The notes beneath the pieces were generated by a model. It was given only the letters and a program-made list of their open reading frames with translations. It did no database searches and was not told the DNA's origin. A stretch of DNA of 64,000 bases from a virus: the UHGV virus genome UHGV-0294963, one strand, 5' to 3'. Shown piece after piece: positions 1 through 9,743 of the stretch. Made by a program: the position numbers and the translations under genes. Numbering within the stretch: the first letter of the stretch is position 1; each line of letters begins with the position of its first letter.

Positions 1-31
1 CTATCTCCATTCTTTTAGAAATAGAGTATTT
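1..31 (-). CDS. Partial CDS (N-terminal 10 codons only, MDYKYSISKR); possibly QueD-like 6-carboxytetrahydropterin synthase
   Basis: A strong SD (AGGAGGTATAAG) sits 14 nt after the queC stop, followed by ATG (29-31 on the minus strand) and an ORF that runs out of the window. The YxYx(I/L)xKxM pattern resembles QueD N-termini. Very little sequence is visible. Confidence 0.25.
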
Positions 32-41
32 GTAATCCATC

Positions 42-749
42 TTATACCTCCTGATTAATCGCAGGGTCTGCTACACCGTTAGCTTCGAATGCTTTCGCTC
101 TGTCGATGCAGGTACCGCACTTACCACAGGGTCCGGCTTCACCACCATTATAACAGCTCCAGGTATATTCATAAGGAACTCTAAGTTCAAGTCCCTTCTT
201 TACAACTTCAGCCTTGCTAGAACCCGCAAAGGGAGCGACCAGTGAAACTTTGTCATAAGTTCCGATACCGATTGCATCATTCATTGAGTCGATAAATTCC
301 TGAGAGCAGTCTGCGTACGCATTACCAGCCGCGTCATCTGCGTGAGCACCGATATACACGAGCACTTCCTCATCAGGATAGAGAGAAGCTGCCAAAGAAG
401 CTGCTGTCGAAAGGAACAGACCGTTTCTGAACGGAACGTAGGTCGCCACCATACCGTTAGCACTCTTGTCAATCTGGTCAGCATAATCTCCCTCAGGTAC
501 ATCATCAGTAGAGTGCTGAAGCAGCGGACAGTTGCTATGCTTAAAGATAACAGAAAGGTCGAGTTCAATGTGCTTTACGTTGTAATGTTCGGCGACCGTA
601 GCGGCGGCTTCAAGCTCACGCTTGTGCTTCTGACCATAGTACATAGATACAGACGTCACATTAGCAGCACCATGTTCATATACGGCAAGACCTAGACAAG
701 TAGTGCTATCAACACCACCAGAGCTTAATACAATAGCTTTAGGCATCAT
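42..749 (-). CDS. queC: 7-cyano-7-deazaguanine (preQ0) synthase QueC
   Basis: N-terminal PP-loop SGGVDS. C-terminal zinc cluster CxxC...CGKCGTC. About 235 aa, a typical QueC length. Adjacent to queF and queA. Confidence 0.85.
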   Translation of the reverse strand: MMPKAIVLSSGGVDSTTCLGLAVYEHGAANVTSVSMYYGQKHKRELEAAATVAEHYNVKHIELDLSVIFKHSNCPLLQHSTDDVPEGDYADQIDKSANGMVATYVPFRNGLFLSTAASLAASLYPDEEVLVYIGAHADDAAGNAYADCSQEFIDSMNDAIGIGTYDKVSLVAPFAGSSKAEVVKKGLELRVPYEYTWSCYNGGEAGPCGKCGTCIDRAKAFEANGVADPAINQEV

Positions 750-1248
750 AAGTCACCTTCCTTTCTGCTGCTGACTGCATAACAGCCAGTCTTCTTGCAG
801 TTTCAAATTCCTTGTACTCAGGATGTTCAGGGTGAACATATGTGGAGAACGGGAAGATTGCGATACCGCCTCTAGGTGCAAAGATACCACGTACCTCAAG
901 GTACTTAGGTTCCATCAGCTTAACAAGGTCTTTCATGATAATATTGACACAATCTTCATGGAAGTCCCCGTGGTTACGGAAGCTGAACAGATAGAGTTTG
1001 AGTGACTTGGACTCGACCATTTTCTCGTTCGGGATATAACTGATGATAATCTTTGCGAGGTCAGGCTGCCCAGTCTTAGGGCAGAGTGACGTGAACTCGT
1101 AAGCATCAAAGGTTACGACATAATCATTGTCCGGATGCTTGTTTACGAATGTTTCGAGTACGCTGGGGTCGTAGTCGTACTTATACTTAGTATTCTGATT
1201 ACCCAGCAGGCTAACGCCCTGAAGCTCTTCAGCATTTCTACCTGTCAT
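739..1248 (-). CDS. queF: NADPH-dependent 7-cyano-7-deazaguanine reductase QueF (type I, YkvM-like)
   Basis: 169 aa. QueF motif E(S/L)K(S/L)(K/Y)(L/Y)(Y/F/W) present as [10 protein letters not shown]. Catalytic Cys in the TSLCP context. T-fold size. Confidence 0.8.
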   Translation of the reverse strand: MTGRNAEELQGVSLLGNQNTKYKYDYDPSVLETFVNKHPDNDYVVTFDAYEFTSLCPKTGQPDLAKIIISYIPNEKMVESKSLKLYLFSFRNHGDFHEDCVNIIMKDLVKLMEPKYLEVRGIFAPRGGIAIFPFSTYVHPEHPEYKEFETARRLAVMQSAAERKVTYDA

Positions 1249-1250
1249 GA

Positions 1251-2486
1251 TTACGCCCCCTCACCTTTGAATTCGCCGTCTTCGAGATAATCCGTCCAAC
1301 TATGTCTCTTGATGAGCATACCATCACCGAAGCTCATGAATCGATACCTCTTATCTACTGCATGCTTATATGCTGTCATGATTTCATCATAACCAGCAAC
1401 AACAGATACAAGCATCATAAGGGTCGTCTCTGGTGCATGGAAGTTGGTGATAAGACCGTCGATACAGTTCACACGGTCAGCTGTTTCAGAACCGGGATAT
1501 ATGAAGATGCTGGTGTCCGTAGAAAAATCTGTAGGATTCTCCCAAACCTCAGGAGGAATAGAAGCGAGGGTGCGGAGTGATGTTGTACCAACCGCTACGA
1601 CATTGCGTCCTTCAGCGTGAGCCTGCTTGATGTCCTTGATTACGTTTACAGGACAGAAGCAATGCTCAGTGTGCATAGCATGATTTCTGAGGTCCTTGAC
1701 AACAACAGGCTTGAAAGTACCAAGACCAACGTCGAGTGTAACCTCCCTCACCTTTACACCCTTGTCCTTGAGTGCTTGAAGTAGTTCAGGAGTGAAGTGA
1801 AGTCCTGCTGTCGGTGCTGCGCAAGAAGTTCTTTCCTTAGCGTAGACAGTATTGTACATTTCAGAAATGTAAGCCTCTGAATGACCTCTACCCTGAATAT
1901 AAGGAGGAAGAGGAGTCTCACCTATCTTGTCGAGAACATCCCAACCGTTAGAATTAGCGAAATCAAGGAATACTTCTCCTTCATCATCGCAGCTCTTGAT
2001 AGTGAGTTCTGCATCGTCAGCACCATTAAGAATAAGAACAGTACCTTCTTCCTGAGGCTTGCTAATCATCGCCTTCCAGGTAGATCCGCCCTGATACTGA
2101 ACAAACAGAATCTCGACAGTATTATCTTCATCCGGCTGTGTACCTTTCTTATAAGCAAACGCTCTTGCTGGAATAACCTTCGTGTTATTGAGAACAAGCA
2201 CGTCACCAGCGTTGAAATAGTCACAGATGTCTGTGAAGTGCTTGTCATCGAGTGCTACAGCTACTCCATTCCTGTCTGCCTCAACGGTTGTGTCAACGAT
2301 AAGACATCTAGCACTCGCCCTATCCGGAAGCGGTTCCTGAGCGATAAGTTCCTGTGGAAGGTCGTAGCGATAATGAGCAGAAGAATACTGCTCCTCAGCA
2401 GGGGCTGTATCAAGTCCCTTTGCTGTTACGGTTTTAGATGTACTAAAAATATCAGGCACACCAGTTTCCATTTTTTCGTTGTTCAT
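1251..2486 (-). CDS. queA: S-adenosylmethionine:tRNA ribosyltransferase-isomerase QueA homolog
   Basis: Motifs collinear with E. coli QueA: [80 protein letters not shown]. Confidence 0.85.
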   Translation of the reverse strand: MNNEKMETGVPDIFSTSKTVTAKGLDTAPAEEQYSSAHYRYDLPQELIAQEPLPDRASARCLIVDTTVEADRNGVAVALDDKHFTDICDYFNAGDVLVLNNTKVIPARAFAYKKGTQPDEDNTVEILFVQYQGGSTWKAMISKPQEEGTVLILNGADDAELTIKSCDDEGEVFLDFANSNGWDVLDKIGETPLPPYIQGRGHSEAYISEMYNTVYAKERTSCAAPTAGLHFTPELLQALKDKGVKVREVTLDVGLGTFKPVVVKDLRNHAMHTEHCFCPVNVIKDIKQAHAEGRNVVAVGTTSLRTLASIPPEVWENPTDFSTDTSIFIYPGSETADRVNCIDGLITNFHAPETTLMMLVSVVAGYDEIMTAYKHAVDKRYRFMSFGDGMLIKRHSWTDYLEDGEFKGEGA

Positions 2487-2507
2487 AGTTAATCGTCCTT
2501 TCGTGTA

Positions 2508-3410
2508 TTATGATTCTATGCGTTTTCTTACCTGGGTTGAAATCATATAAGATACGGGAGACAACAGCGCTTCTACTGTAATCTGAAATGCAATGCCGAG
2601 CAAGAAATTGCCAGCTATACTCTTTGCGTCCATACCCCAGCAGTCCATACCTAACGCGGAGCAGAAGCTCGGGATTGAGAATGGAATCATTACCAGGAGT
2701 GTGAACAGACCCAAGTCAGCAGTCTTACCTAAGATACTCGAACCTATTGAGCGGAGCGAGTAGCTTGAAAAACCTTCACCGGGTTTCTTTTTCTTAATGA
2801 AAGCAAATAGCTTATCATTTAAGAAATCACCTACAGCGTAAATCAGGATACCAACGATAGTAACATAGATACCTCCACCGTAGATGAAATCAAATGCGGA
2901 TTCATTCACTTCTGCATACTCAGGCACGGGAATACCGGTAAATGCTTTCGCGATTAGAGCTGCAACGACAGCAAAAATAGCTGAAGTGTTGCCTGATAAT
3001 CTCGAGGCTTTATAACCGAACACTTCTGAGAATACGTCAGAGACGATATATGTTGCGATAAAAAATAGAGAATCGCCTGTTGCAGTTGCCATGACAGTAG
3101 GTCCTGGTATAAACAAGACATCTACAGCGTCAAGTGCGCACAGCACAATTCCCGTCAGACTGAGAAGAGCACCGAAAGCATACCCAACACCTTTGTGCTT
3201 CTTTTCACCAAGCTTGCCTGCTAACAGCATACCAAGAACGGTAAGTATCAGCATACCCAGAATTGAAAAGATACTGGTTTCTTTTGCTTCCAGAATCTTC
3301 ACCATCATCGGTACACACAAAGCATAGCTGGCGACATTGATAGCCATAAGCACAGCAAATAATGCAGGGGCTTTACTCCACGACTCTTCTGGTTTACTTT
3401 TCAGTTTCAT
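2508..3410 (-). CDS. Queuosine-precursor transporter, VUT/YhhQ family (polytopic membrane protein)
   Basis: Multiple hydrophobic helices. The VUT-family signature resembles IVSDVFSEVFGYK. It lies directly upstream of queA in the same operon. The N-terminal start is uncertain. Confidence 0.55.
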   Translation of the reverse strand: MKLKSKPEESWSKAPALFAVLMAINVASYALCVPMMVKILEAKETSIFSILGMLILTVLGMLLAGKLGEKKHKGVGYAFGALLSLTGIVLCALDAVDVLFIPGPTVMATATGDSLFFIATYIVSDVFSEVFGYKASRLSGNTSAIFAVVAALIAKAFTGIPVPEYAEVNESAFDFIYGGGIYVTIVGILIYAVGDFLNDKLFAFIKKKKPGEGFSSYSLRSIGSSILGKTADLGLFTLLVMIPFSIPSFCSALGMDCWGMDAKSIAGNFLLGIAFQITVEALLSPVSYMISTQVRKRIES

Positions 3411-3524
3411 GGTTAATTATTCCTTTCGTATCAATTTTGACTTTAGCAAGGGGATACCTTACTCACTGTTCCCGTTTTATCGAGGGGGAACTCTACTCAC
3501 TGTTTATACACCCATATGAACATC

Positions 3525-3560
3525 ACCACACACGTAGCACGCTAACGCATGCTGTACGTT
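3525..3560 (-). repeat. Inverted copy of the conserved roughly 40-bp element (core ATGCGTTAGCGTGCTACGTG) in the que operon leader
   Basis: Revcomp of 3531-3552 reads ATGCGTTAGCGTGCTACGTGTG. It matches 48089-48108 and 56876-56895. Confidence 0.5.
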
Positions 3561-3640
3561 TATATTTTATATATAATGTTACAACCACACACGATATCAC
3601 AAGCAAAACCACTGCACATAGTACGCAATACGTGTGTGCT

Positions 3641-3685
3641 GTATAACATAATTATATACGATGTAAACCACAATAAACGAAGTTT
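3641..3685 (-). promoter_or_regulatory. Candidate promoter for the que operon (revcomp AACTTCGT, 19 nt, TATATAAT/TGTTATACA)
   Basis: Fits the recurrent AACTTCGT, N16-20, TGnTATAAT architecture found in at least 10 other intergenic regions. Sits in a 440-bp AT-rich gap upstream of the yhhQ-like gene. Confidence 0.45.
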
Positions 3686-3852
3686 ACGTTCTCTTAGCTG
3701 CTCCTGAACCGTCTTTACCTTTCTGGTCGTCTTCGATGAATTTCTTTATCAGCTTTGTTCTGAATAGCACCGGTTGGTCTTCTACATAGTCAGCTGTGTA
3801 TCCCTGACATCTTGCTAGAATACAACGTATCTCAGCATCAACCTGGTCATAC

Positions 3853-4653
3853 TTACTTCTTAGGAGCTGCCAATAGAGTTTTCCATTCTTTGAGGTCTTC
3901 TTCGGTCGGTCGAAAGTAGTAGTCGTTAACTGGTACGTATGCCCACGCACGACCTCCACATTTCGGACACTTGAACTCAACCCGCTTCTGAAGTCCGACA
4001 TTGAACTCTTCTTTGTAACGACGCTCGATGAGTTCTTCGTCGACCGCCATGAGGTTACCGAGCCACTCGCAAGCTTCTGATATATCAACAAAGTCAGTAT
4101 CAGAAACAGATGCAATAGCAGCGCCGAGTGCTCTGAATTCCTCGTCACCCTTATCAACCTTTGCTGTGTAGAACAGCATATCTTGACACCGATTAAGATG
4201 CATCTTAACCTCGGCATTACAGAACATAAACTCTTCCGGTTTAATCACGAATGCCTTCTTGAGCTCTTCACCTTTATCAGGACGCAGAACTCCGATTGTA
4301 GTGAGGTCAATCTGTCTAGGCTCGGTGTAGAACTTACCTTTAGAACCAGCTTCATTTATACAGTCGGTACATATCCAGTTCTGGGCTGTCCAAAAAGGTC
4401 CCCAGGTAAGAATACGCAGATGTCTCAACAGAAGGAAATAATCAGGCTCATATAATTTCCGCACATCAATCTTGGGCTCAATTACCTGAGGTAAAATGTG
4501 CTTAATCATAGCCTGATGTAGATTGTCAGAAGATAATCTGAGTTTCTCCATTCGACTGGTATAACCACTGACAGTGACTGTCTGCGGAATTCCCACATCA
4601 GAATAATCATATAAGAACTCATGGTCTTCATTCATTAGTGCCATTAAACTCAC
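3853..4653 (-). CDS. Hypothetical protein with C-terminal CPKCGG zinc-ribbon-like motif
   Basis: 266-codon ORF. SD GAAAGGTG before the ATG. First gene after a promoter-like site. No family I can recognise. Confidence 0.5.
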   Translation of the reverse strand: MSLMALMNEDHEFLYDYSDVGIPQTVTVSGYTSRMEKLRLSSDNLHQAMIKHILPQVIEPKIDVRKLYEPDYFLLLRHLRILTWGPFWTAQNWICTDCINEAGSKGKFYTEPRQIDLTTIGVLRPDKGEELKKAFVIKPEEFMFCNAEVKMHLNRCQDMLFYTAKVDKGDEEFRALGAAIASVSDTDFVDISEACEWLGNLMAVDEELIERRYKEEFNVGLQKRVEFKCPKCGGRAWAYVPVNDYYFRPTEEDLKEWKTLLAAPKK

Positions 4654-4712
4654 ACCTTTCTTTGATTTGGTAGAAAATGCGTGTGCAGTGGTAGTATCTT
4701 ACTTACATTCTA

Positions 4713-4745
4713 AGTATAACATAGTCAGCACACGCATTTCGAAGT
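4713..4745 (-). promoter_or_regulatory. Candidate promoter (revcomp AACTTCGA, 17 nt, TGTTATACT)
   Basis: Same motif architecture as the other intergenic promoters. Immediately upstream of the 3853..4653 gene. Confidence 0.4.
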
Positions 4746-4750
4746 TTCTC

Positions 4751-7700
4751 TTAATTCAGTGATTTATCAACCGAACCGTAAAGCTGTTCATAAGGAACCG
4801 TCTCAGACATAGAATTATTATCAAGTCTGATAATCTGTACAGGGGCTCTGAATCTCAGGTTTGAGAAGTTCTGTTTCTTGATGTCTACAGACGGATTCTT
4901 CATGTACAGGTTAAGATAAACCTTACCTGCCCTTGTCTTCGCTGATGAAGGATTTCCATTCCACTCCCAGTTCATATTGACAAGAAGATTTCCATTAGGA
5001 ACAAAATCAGAGTTATTATCATCCCAACCCTGATGTACACCAGCAGTACCGGAAATTTTCAAATTGAGGTTATCAGGTATACGAATAATCGTATTCTGGT
5101 TGATAGGACCTCGGGATTCCACTTCTGGTGCTGTCTCACCTTCGTTGACTGTTACCTCTTCTGCTTCTTGTTCAAGATTATACTCAAAGAACAATGGTGG
5201 GAAATTCACATAACCAAGGGACGACCACACTCTATCGATTCCTCCGTTATAATCTTCCCAACCTTGATACTTAACCCAAACATCAAGCATTGCAGAGCAT
5301 ACACCATTCTCACCCATAGTAATGCTAGAAAATCTACAGGACAAGCTGTTGCCTTTATCTTCATCATCACTATTGATTGCTTTGGTGAATATCTGAGGAA
5401 TCATCATCCAAGGTAAGTCAAGCTCGATTGTGTTACCGCCGCTTACAAAAGAGGAATACTTCCACTCACCGATATTAGTAAAAAAGGGCTTGTTCACCTG
5501 ACAGTGATTTACACCGAATAAGCAGGTTTCTGTAGACTTATGACCTGTAGGCGTATCTACCTGAAGATTATCCCCTTTAAGAGTTAGATAATCGATGTCT
5601 TCGAGGTGAAGCAATAAGCCGTCTGAACGAATACCATCCTCGATTACTGCAGAAAAGTCTAAAGTAACATCACCTCGAATATGAGCAAGGGTACCGGTAG
5701 AATCTAATGCAGCTCTCCATTCAGAAGCATTACCTGTCATCTGGAATGTAACTCCATTCGGATAATAGCAATATTGATATTGAGTCAAATCGACACCTGG
5801 AAGAATAGGAATAAGCGTATCTGGCATTTCCTTGAAACCACCATGCTTTATAAAACCAAGCAGAGTGTCTGTGATTCTTAGTCTTTGAGTATTCTGGTCA
5901 TTGATTACATCAGTCAACTCAGAACCAGTACCGACCTTAACCACGCCGTAGCAATTGGGAGTTGCAGGCACGGCGAAACCACGCTCAACAGCCTCAACCG
6001 CAAACAGAACTGATTGATACAACCCAGGTGAATTCTGGTCCTGCCGGAATGAGCGAGAGTCACCAGGGTCGAGTATCGTATAGGCATCAGCATCGATATA
6101 AGCGAATTTGATATTACCTTTGTGAGAGTCACCCCGGATATCTACGTCAGCTATCGCGCCACTTTCATAAGCTACGGTGCCAACCTGAATAGGATTAGAA
6201 TTTGGTGTTAGTCGAGTCCATAACTTACCTATCAAACCTAAACCGACGGTGTTGCGTTCAATACCTTCATCATAGATAGCAGTAGACACATTCCGTGGAA
6301 TATTGTTATACTTACAACTAATAGGATAACCGGACTCAGGAGTGATTAGCAAAGAACCAGGAATAATACTCTTACCGATGTAATGGGTAGTAGTGAATGC
6401 TCCATTATACGCAGCTTCATCCATCGAAATTGCATGAGCAAATCGCCACCAGCCATCTGCGCCAGCCGAACTCGCATAGCGGCAGACATAACGAGCAGAA
6501 ACATTCTGAGTAAATGAATCTAATGTACCAGTTACCGTACCGGTTACGGTAGCGTTAATCGTACCCTGAGCTGTACCATTTACTGAGCCTTCTACAGGAT
6601 ACTCCCGATTATTAACAGTGACGTTACCAGTCACCGAACCTGTAACATTAGCTTCTAGCTTAGATTGCTTTGCTGTACCAGTTACAGTGCCAGAAACAGT
6701 GCCATACTTGGTTACGATATTCTCAACGGTATTACCGTTAGCACGCTCAGTACCACCAGCTTCAGCAATATCATTGATTACCCAGAAGTAATCGCCTACC
6801 GCGACTGTCGGTGTGTGCGCCTCGAACCAATTTTTAGCATCGTCCAGTGTAAGGAAAGGACCGAACTGTCTTCCTCTAGCATGACCAGAACTCCTACGAT
6901 TTGCGTAATCAGAGAATACCAACTCTAGCATAGTCAACTGCTGAGTAGTCAAAATACCGTCTACTCCGTGTAGATTAGCAAGTACAGGGAAAGACACCTG
7001 GGAGTCATAAATCGGTTTCTTAATTGTGGGGTCGCTGGACGGTGAATTATAGGATGGACTCAAATCTGTAACACCTGCATTTAAGGACGCATACGGAAGA
7101 TACAGAGCTCGATGGTCTATTACATCTGCACCCGTCTTGCCAGGTACCTGAGCTTGATGCCAAGACATTCTAGCAAAAGCTGCTAGGGTTTTCGCATCAA
7201 TTCTACGCAGACAATTGAAATTATCTACAACCGGGTCGTCACCTGTATACGGAGCTTCATCAGAAACGATAATACCACGAGTAGGTTCATCCTGAGCATT
7301 ACCAGCTGTTTCTGCGTTAGTCGACATACTCCTAAGCAGCATGCCTAGGTTAGACTCGAAGGCAATCCACAACCACTTATCGATATCGATAAGATTAGTG
7401 ACCTCACCGTCAGAGCTACCTCCGGTTTCGCCGAACTTTATGCCGTAGATATGGTCATCATCAACCGCCGACAGTAAGTCCTTATAATTCTCAGCACCCT
7501 GAACGCCATCCAGAGGAATTATTCTGGTTTTATAAGGGTTCTCAGTCAACAGATAGTGTCCTTGAGAATCACAAGTGATAGTTCCTAGCAGCAGTTCATT
7601 GCCGTAAGGAAGTTCGTCGTTAATAACGATAGCAGCACCTTGATAAACACCATTAAGCGGCGGAATTAAACGCTCATCATGACGTGCAGCGCTAGGTGCG

Positions 7701-8284
7701 GTATATTGTACAGCTAACTTTATGAACTTGGTATAGCATGGATTCTCAGGATTCTGACCGGGATTGGTTGCTACATCTGCAATTTCAGGAACAGAAATTG
7801 CGTCTGCCTTATAAATCTTGGTTTCATCATGAGCATCTACATAATAGCCATATACCAGAGCTACACCGCTTGATATAGCAAGTCTACCGTCATCTTGAGC
7901 GATAGACAATTTATAATCATCTTCGTCACGACAACCAGTAGCATAAGCTGTGACATGCCAGTTAGCTTTATTATGCACAAGCGGATTCTTAAATGACCGT
8001 AAGCCAGGACCTTGCATTGAAGTAGCACCCGTGGTCTGGTCAGTTTCGACAGGAACGCCGAACGCATTGTTCACTGCTTCTGCCACTATATCAGCATAGC
8101 CAGACAAGTCTACTTCCCGTTTGAGCAGCGTGTTCAACGCTGCTCTCTGGTTAAATTCGGTGATAAGTTCACCACCATGCGTGTCTGTACTATACGGAGT
8201 TATATACGAGTTGGCAGAGGAATAGACAAGAAAACGATGGTCGTCAGCTTCCTGAAGGTCGTACAGTCTGTCATCTGTTGCCAT
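4751..8284 (-). CDS. Large virion-associated protein, putative tail fibre or baseplate (1177 aa)
   Basis: Long ORF with Thr/Gly/Val-rich repeats (GTVSGTVTGT...VTGSVTGNVTV). No enzymatic motifs. Assignment is by composition only. Confidence 0.35.
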   Translation of the reverse strand: MATDDRLYDLQEADDHRFLVYSSANSYITPYSTDTHGGELITEFNQRAALNTLLKREVDLSGYADIVAEAVNNAFGVPVETDQTTGATSMQGPGLRSFKNPLVHNKANWHVTAYATGCRDEDDYKLSIAQDDGRLAISSGVALVYGYYVDAHDETKIYKADAISVPEIADVATNPGQNPENPCYTKFIKLAVQYTAPSAARHDERLIPPLNGVYQGAAIVINDELPYGNELLLGTITCDSQGHYLLTENPYKTRIIPLDGVQGAENYKDLLSAVDDDHIYGIKFGETGGSSDGEVTNLIDIDKWLWIAFESNLGMLLRSMSTNAETAGNAQDEPTRGIIVSDEAPYTGDDPVVDNFNCLRRIDAKTLAAFARMSWHQAQVPGKTGADVIDHRALYLPYASLNAGVTDLSPSYNSPSSDPTIKKPIYDSQVSFPVLANLHGVDGILTTQQLTMLELVFSDYANRRSSGHARGRQFGPFLTLDDAKNWFEAHTPTVAVGDYFWVINDIAEAGGTERANGNTVENIVTKYGTVSGTVTGTAKQSKLEANVTGSVTGNVTVNNREYPVEGSVNGTAQGTINATVTGTVTGTLDSFTQNVSARYVCRYASSAGADGWWRFAHAISMDEAAYNGAFTTTHYIGKSIIPGSLLITPESGYPISCKYNNIPRNVSTAIYDEGIERNTVGLGLIGKLWTRLTPNSNPIQVGTVAYESGAIADVDIRGDSHKGNIKFAYIDADAYTILDPGDSRSFRQDQNSPGLYQSVLFAVEAVERGFAVPATPNCYGVVKVGTGSELTDVINDQNTQRLRITDTLLGFIKHGGFKEMPDTLIPILPGVDLTQYQYCYYPNGVTFQMTGNASEWRAALDSTGTLAHIRGDVTLDFSAVIEDGIRSDGLLLHLEDIDYLTLKGDNLQVDTPTGHKSTETCLFGVNHCQVNKPFFTNIGEWKYSSFVSGGNTIELDLPWMMIPQIFTKAINSDDEDKGNSLSCRFSSITMGENGVCSAMLDVWVKYQGWEDYNGGIDRVWSSLGYVNFPPLFFEYNLEQEAEEVTVNEGETAPEVESRGPINQNTIIRIPDNLNLKISGTAGVHQGWDDNNSDFVPNGNLLVNMNWEWNGNPSSAKTRAGKVYLNLYMKNPSVDIKKQNFSNLRFRAPVQIIRLDNNSMSETVPYEQLYGSVDKSLN

Positions 8285-8289
8285 AGGTA

Positions 8290-8670
8290 TTAACCTCCTT
8301 CACTGTCAGAACCAGAACCTATACCGTTGGTTTCCTCCTGAGAAATCACCATGGTGTACATATCAGAAGTAACGGTACTGTTCATAGCGACCTGAAAGCC
8401 GATGTAATACTGCTCACCTTCGGTTCTACCGAGATTCTTACCGTCGATATAATTCTTGGTAATGGTATATCCCCTCGCTTCTACTTTAGCTTTCTCAGCA
8501 TCACTAATTCCGTTCGGGAAAGTACAATACTGCTGTCCGCCACCGCATCTCTTCTCTACCTCAGCGAGGACCTCGGTTGCTAGAATATTCGGCATAGAAG
8601 GCTGAAAGTATGCCTGAACCTGAGCATCATACTCAGTATTCGAAGGATGATTAGTAGTTCTGATATTCAT
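8290..8670 (-). CDS. Hypothetical protein (126 aa)
   Basis: ORF tightly packed between neighbours. No recognisable motifs. Confidence 0.4.
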   Translation of the reverse strand: MNIRTTNHPSNTEYDAQVQAYFQPSMPNILATEVLAEVEKRCGGGQQYCTFPNGISDAEKAKVEARGYTITKNYIDGKNLGRTEGEQYYIGFQVAMNSTVTSDMYTMVISQEETNGIGSGSDSEGG

Positions 8671-8681
8671 TTTATATCACC

Positions 8682-9743
8682 TCACTGAAAATCTGTGATA
8701 GGTTTGAGCTCCTTATTGAACTCCTTGCTGAGATTGCGTGCGTCCTTGGACACTGCCAGCTTAGACTTTACCAAGATGCAGTCTGCGTCGTCGATTTCAT
8801 CGACAATCTGAATCTTGCCTGCGATGGCGAGCTCATCAACATCAGCTGCATCCACCTTCTTGATGTCCACATAGCACTTCAGAGGCTGCGTAACTGCCGC
8901 TTCCTCGTCTGTGTCATTGATGTCCTCAGTCTCAGCAGTTTCAGCTGCCGATGACTGCTCATCTGCAATCACATCGTCTGCTTCATTTACAATAGGCTGC
9001 TTCGTAGCTTCATCAGACTCACCAGCAACGGGCTGCTCGATTTTCTCCGTCTCAGGCTCAATCGGTGTATCCTGGTCCTCATCAAGCACAAGCTGGTCAC
9101 AGAAACTGCTGGTACACTTATAGAACATAGGAAGGTCAGGATAAATCTGAATACGCTTGAGCGGATTGTTACACTTAGGGCAGAACTGAGGAATCGGAGC
9201 AACAACAGGTGCTGTGTTCATCGGCTGAAGTTCACCATTCCAAACCTTTGCGGTACAGCCAGGCTGAAAGTAAGCAATCAACTTCATGTCAATTACTTCG
9301 AACTCGCCTTTATCTGTAGTGCAGACCAGAGTTAAAGTCTTATCTGGTGCCATCACATACTTTACTGAATTGATGTGTGCCAACTCAGGAACCTTGAACT
9401 CGTTTCCACTTGGAAGACTAATCCAATAAGCATCATACATCGAGTACTGATTCTTGAGGGTAATGAGCTGATTGCCCTGACCACTCTCGTTCTCAAAATA
9501 AGGAACTGTCTTGAAGCCGAGAGAGGTTAGGAGAGCGAGCTGCTCAGTCACGGTAAACTTTCTTGCAGAAGAATACAAGGAATATGCCAGGAAGTCATTC
9601 TTAGACACATATCCCGTAATCTCGAAAGGAAGACTATAATTCTTTATCTGATTCGGTGTGTGTTCAACTGGACTGCCAAGCAGAGCTCCTGTTTCATTGT
9701 AAGACACGGTCGCTTCAGGCAGATTAAGTTTAAGTCTAATCAT
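8682..9743 (-). CDS. Hypothetical protein with CPKC...KCTSSFC zinc ribbon and a roughly 90-aa highly acidic C-terminal tail
   Basis: Its start overlaps the sigma-factor stop by 8 nt, suggesting translational coupling. The tail is rich in D/E (DEDQDTPIEPETE...DEEAAV). Confidence 0.45.
   Translation of the reverse strand: MIRLKLNLPEATVSYNETGALLGSPVEHTPNQIKNYSLPFEITGYVSKNDFLAYSLYSSARKFTVTEQLALLTSLGFKTVPYFENESGQGNQLITLKNQYSMYDAYWISLPSGNEFKVPELAHINSVKYVMAPDKTLTLVCTTDKGEFEVIDMKLIAYFQPGCTAKVWNGELQPMNTAPVVAPIPQFCPKCNNPLKRIQIYPDLPMFYKCTSSFCDQLVLDEDQDTPIEPETEKIEQPVAGESDEATKQPIVNEADDVIADEQSSAAETAETEDINDTDEEAAVTQPLKCYVDIKKVDAADVDELAIAGKIQIVDEIDDADCILVKSKLAVSKDARNLSKEFNKELKPITDFQ

Noticed and set aside
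281-695. ORFs 281..568 (-) and 342..695 (+) inside queC
   Set aside because: They are embedded in the well-supported queC frame and have no SD.
3684-4217. 177-aa minus-strand ORF overlapping the 3853..4653 gene
   Set aside because: It is in an alternative frame over most of its length and has no ribosome-binding site. The 3853..4653 frame has a good SD and fits the gene spacing.
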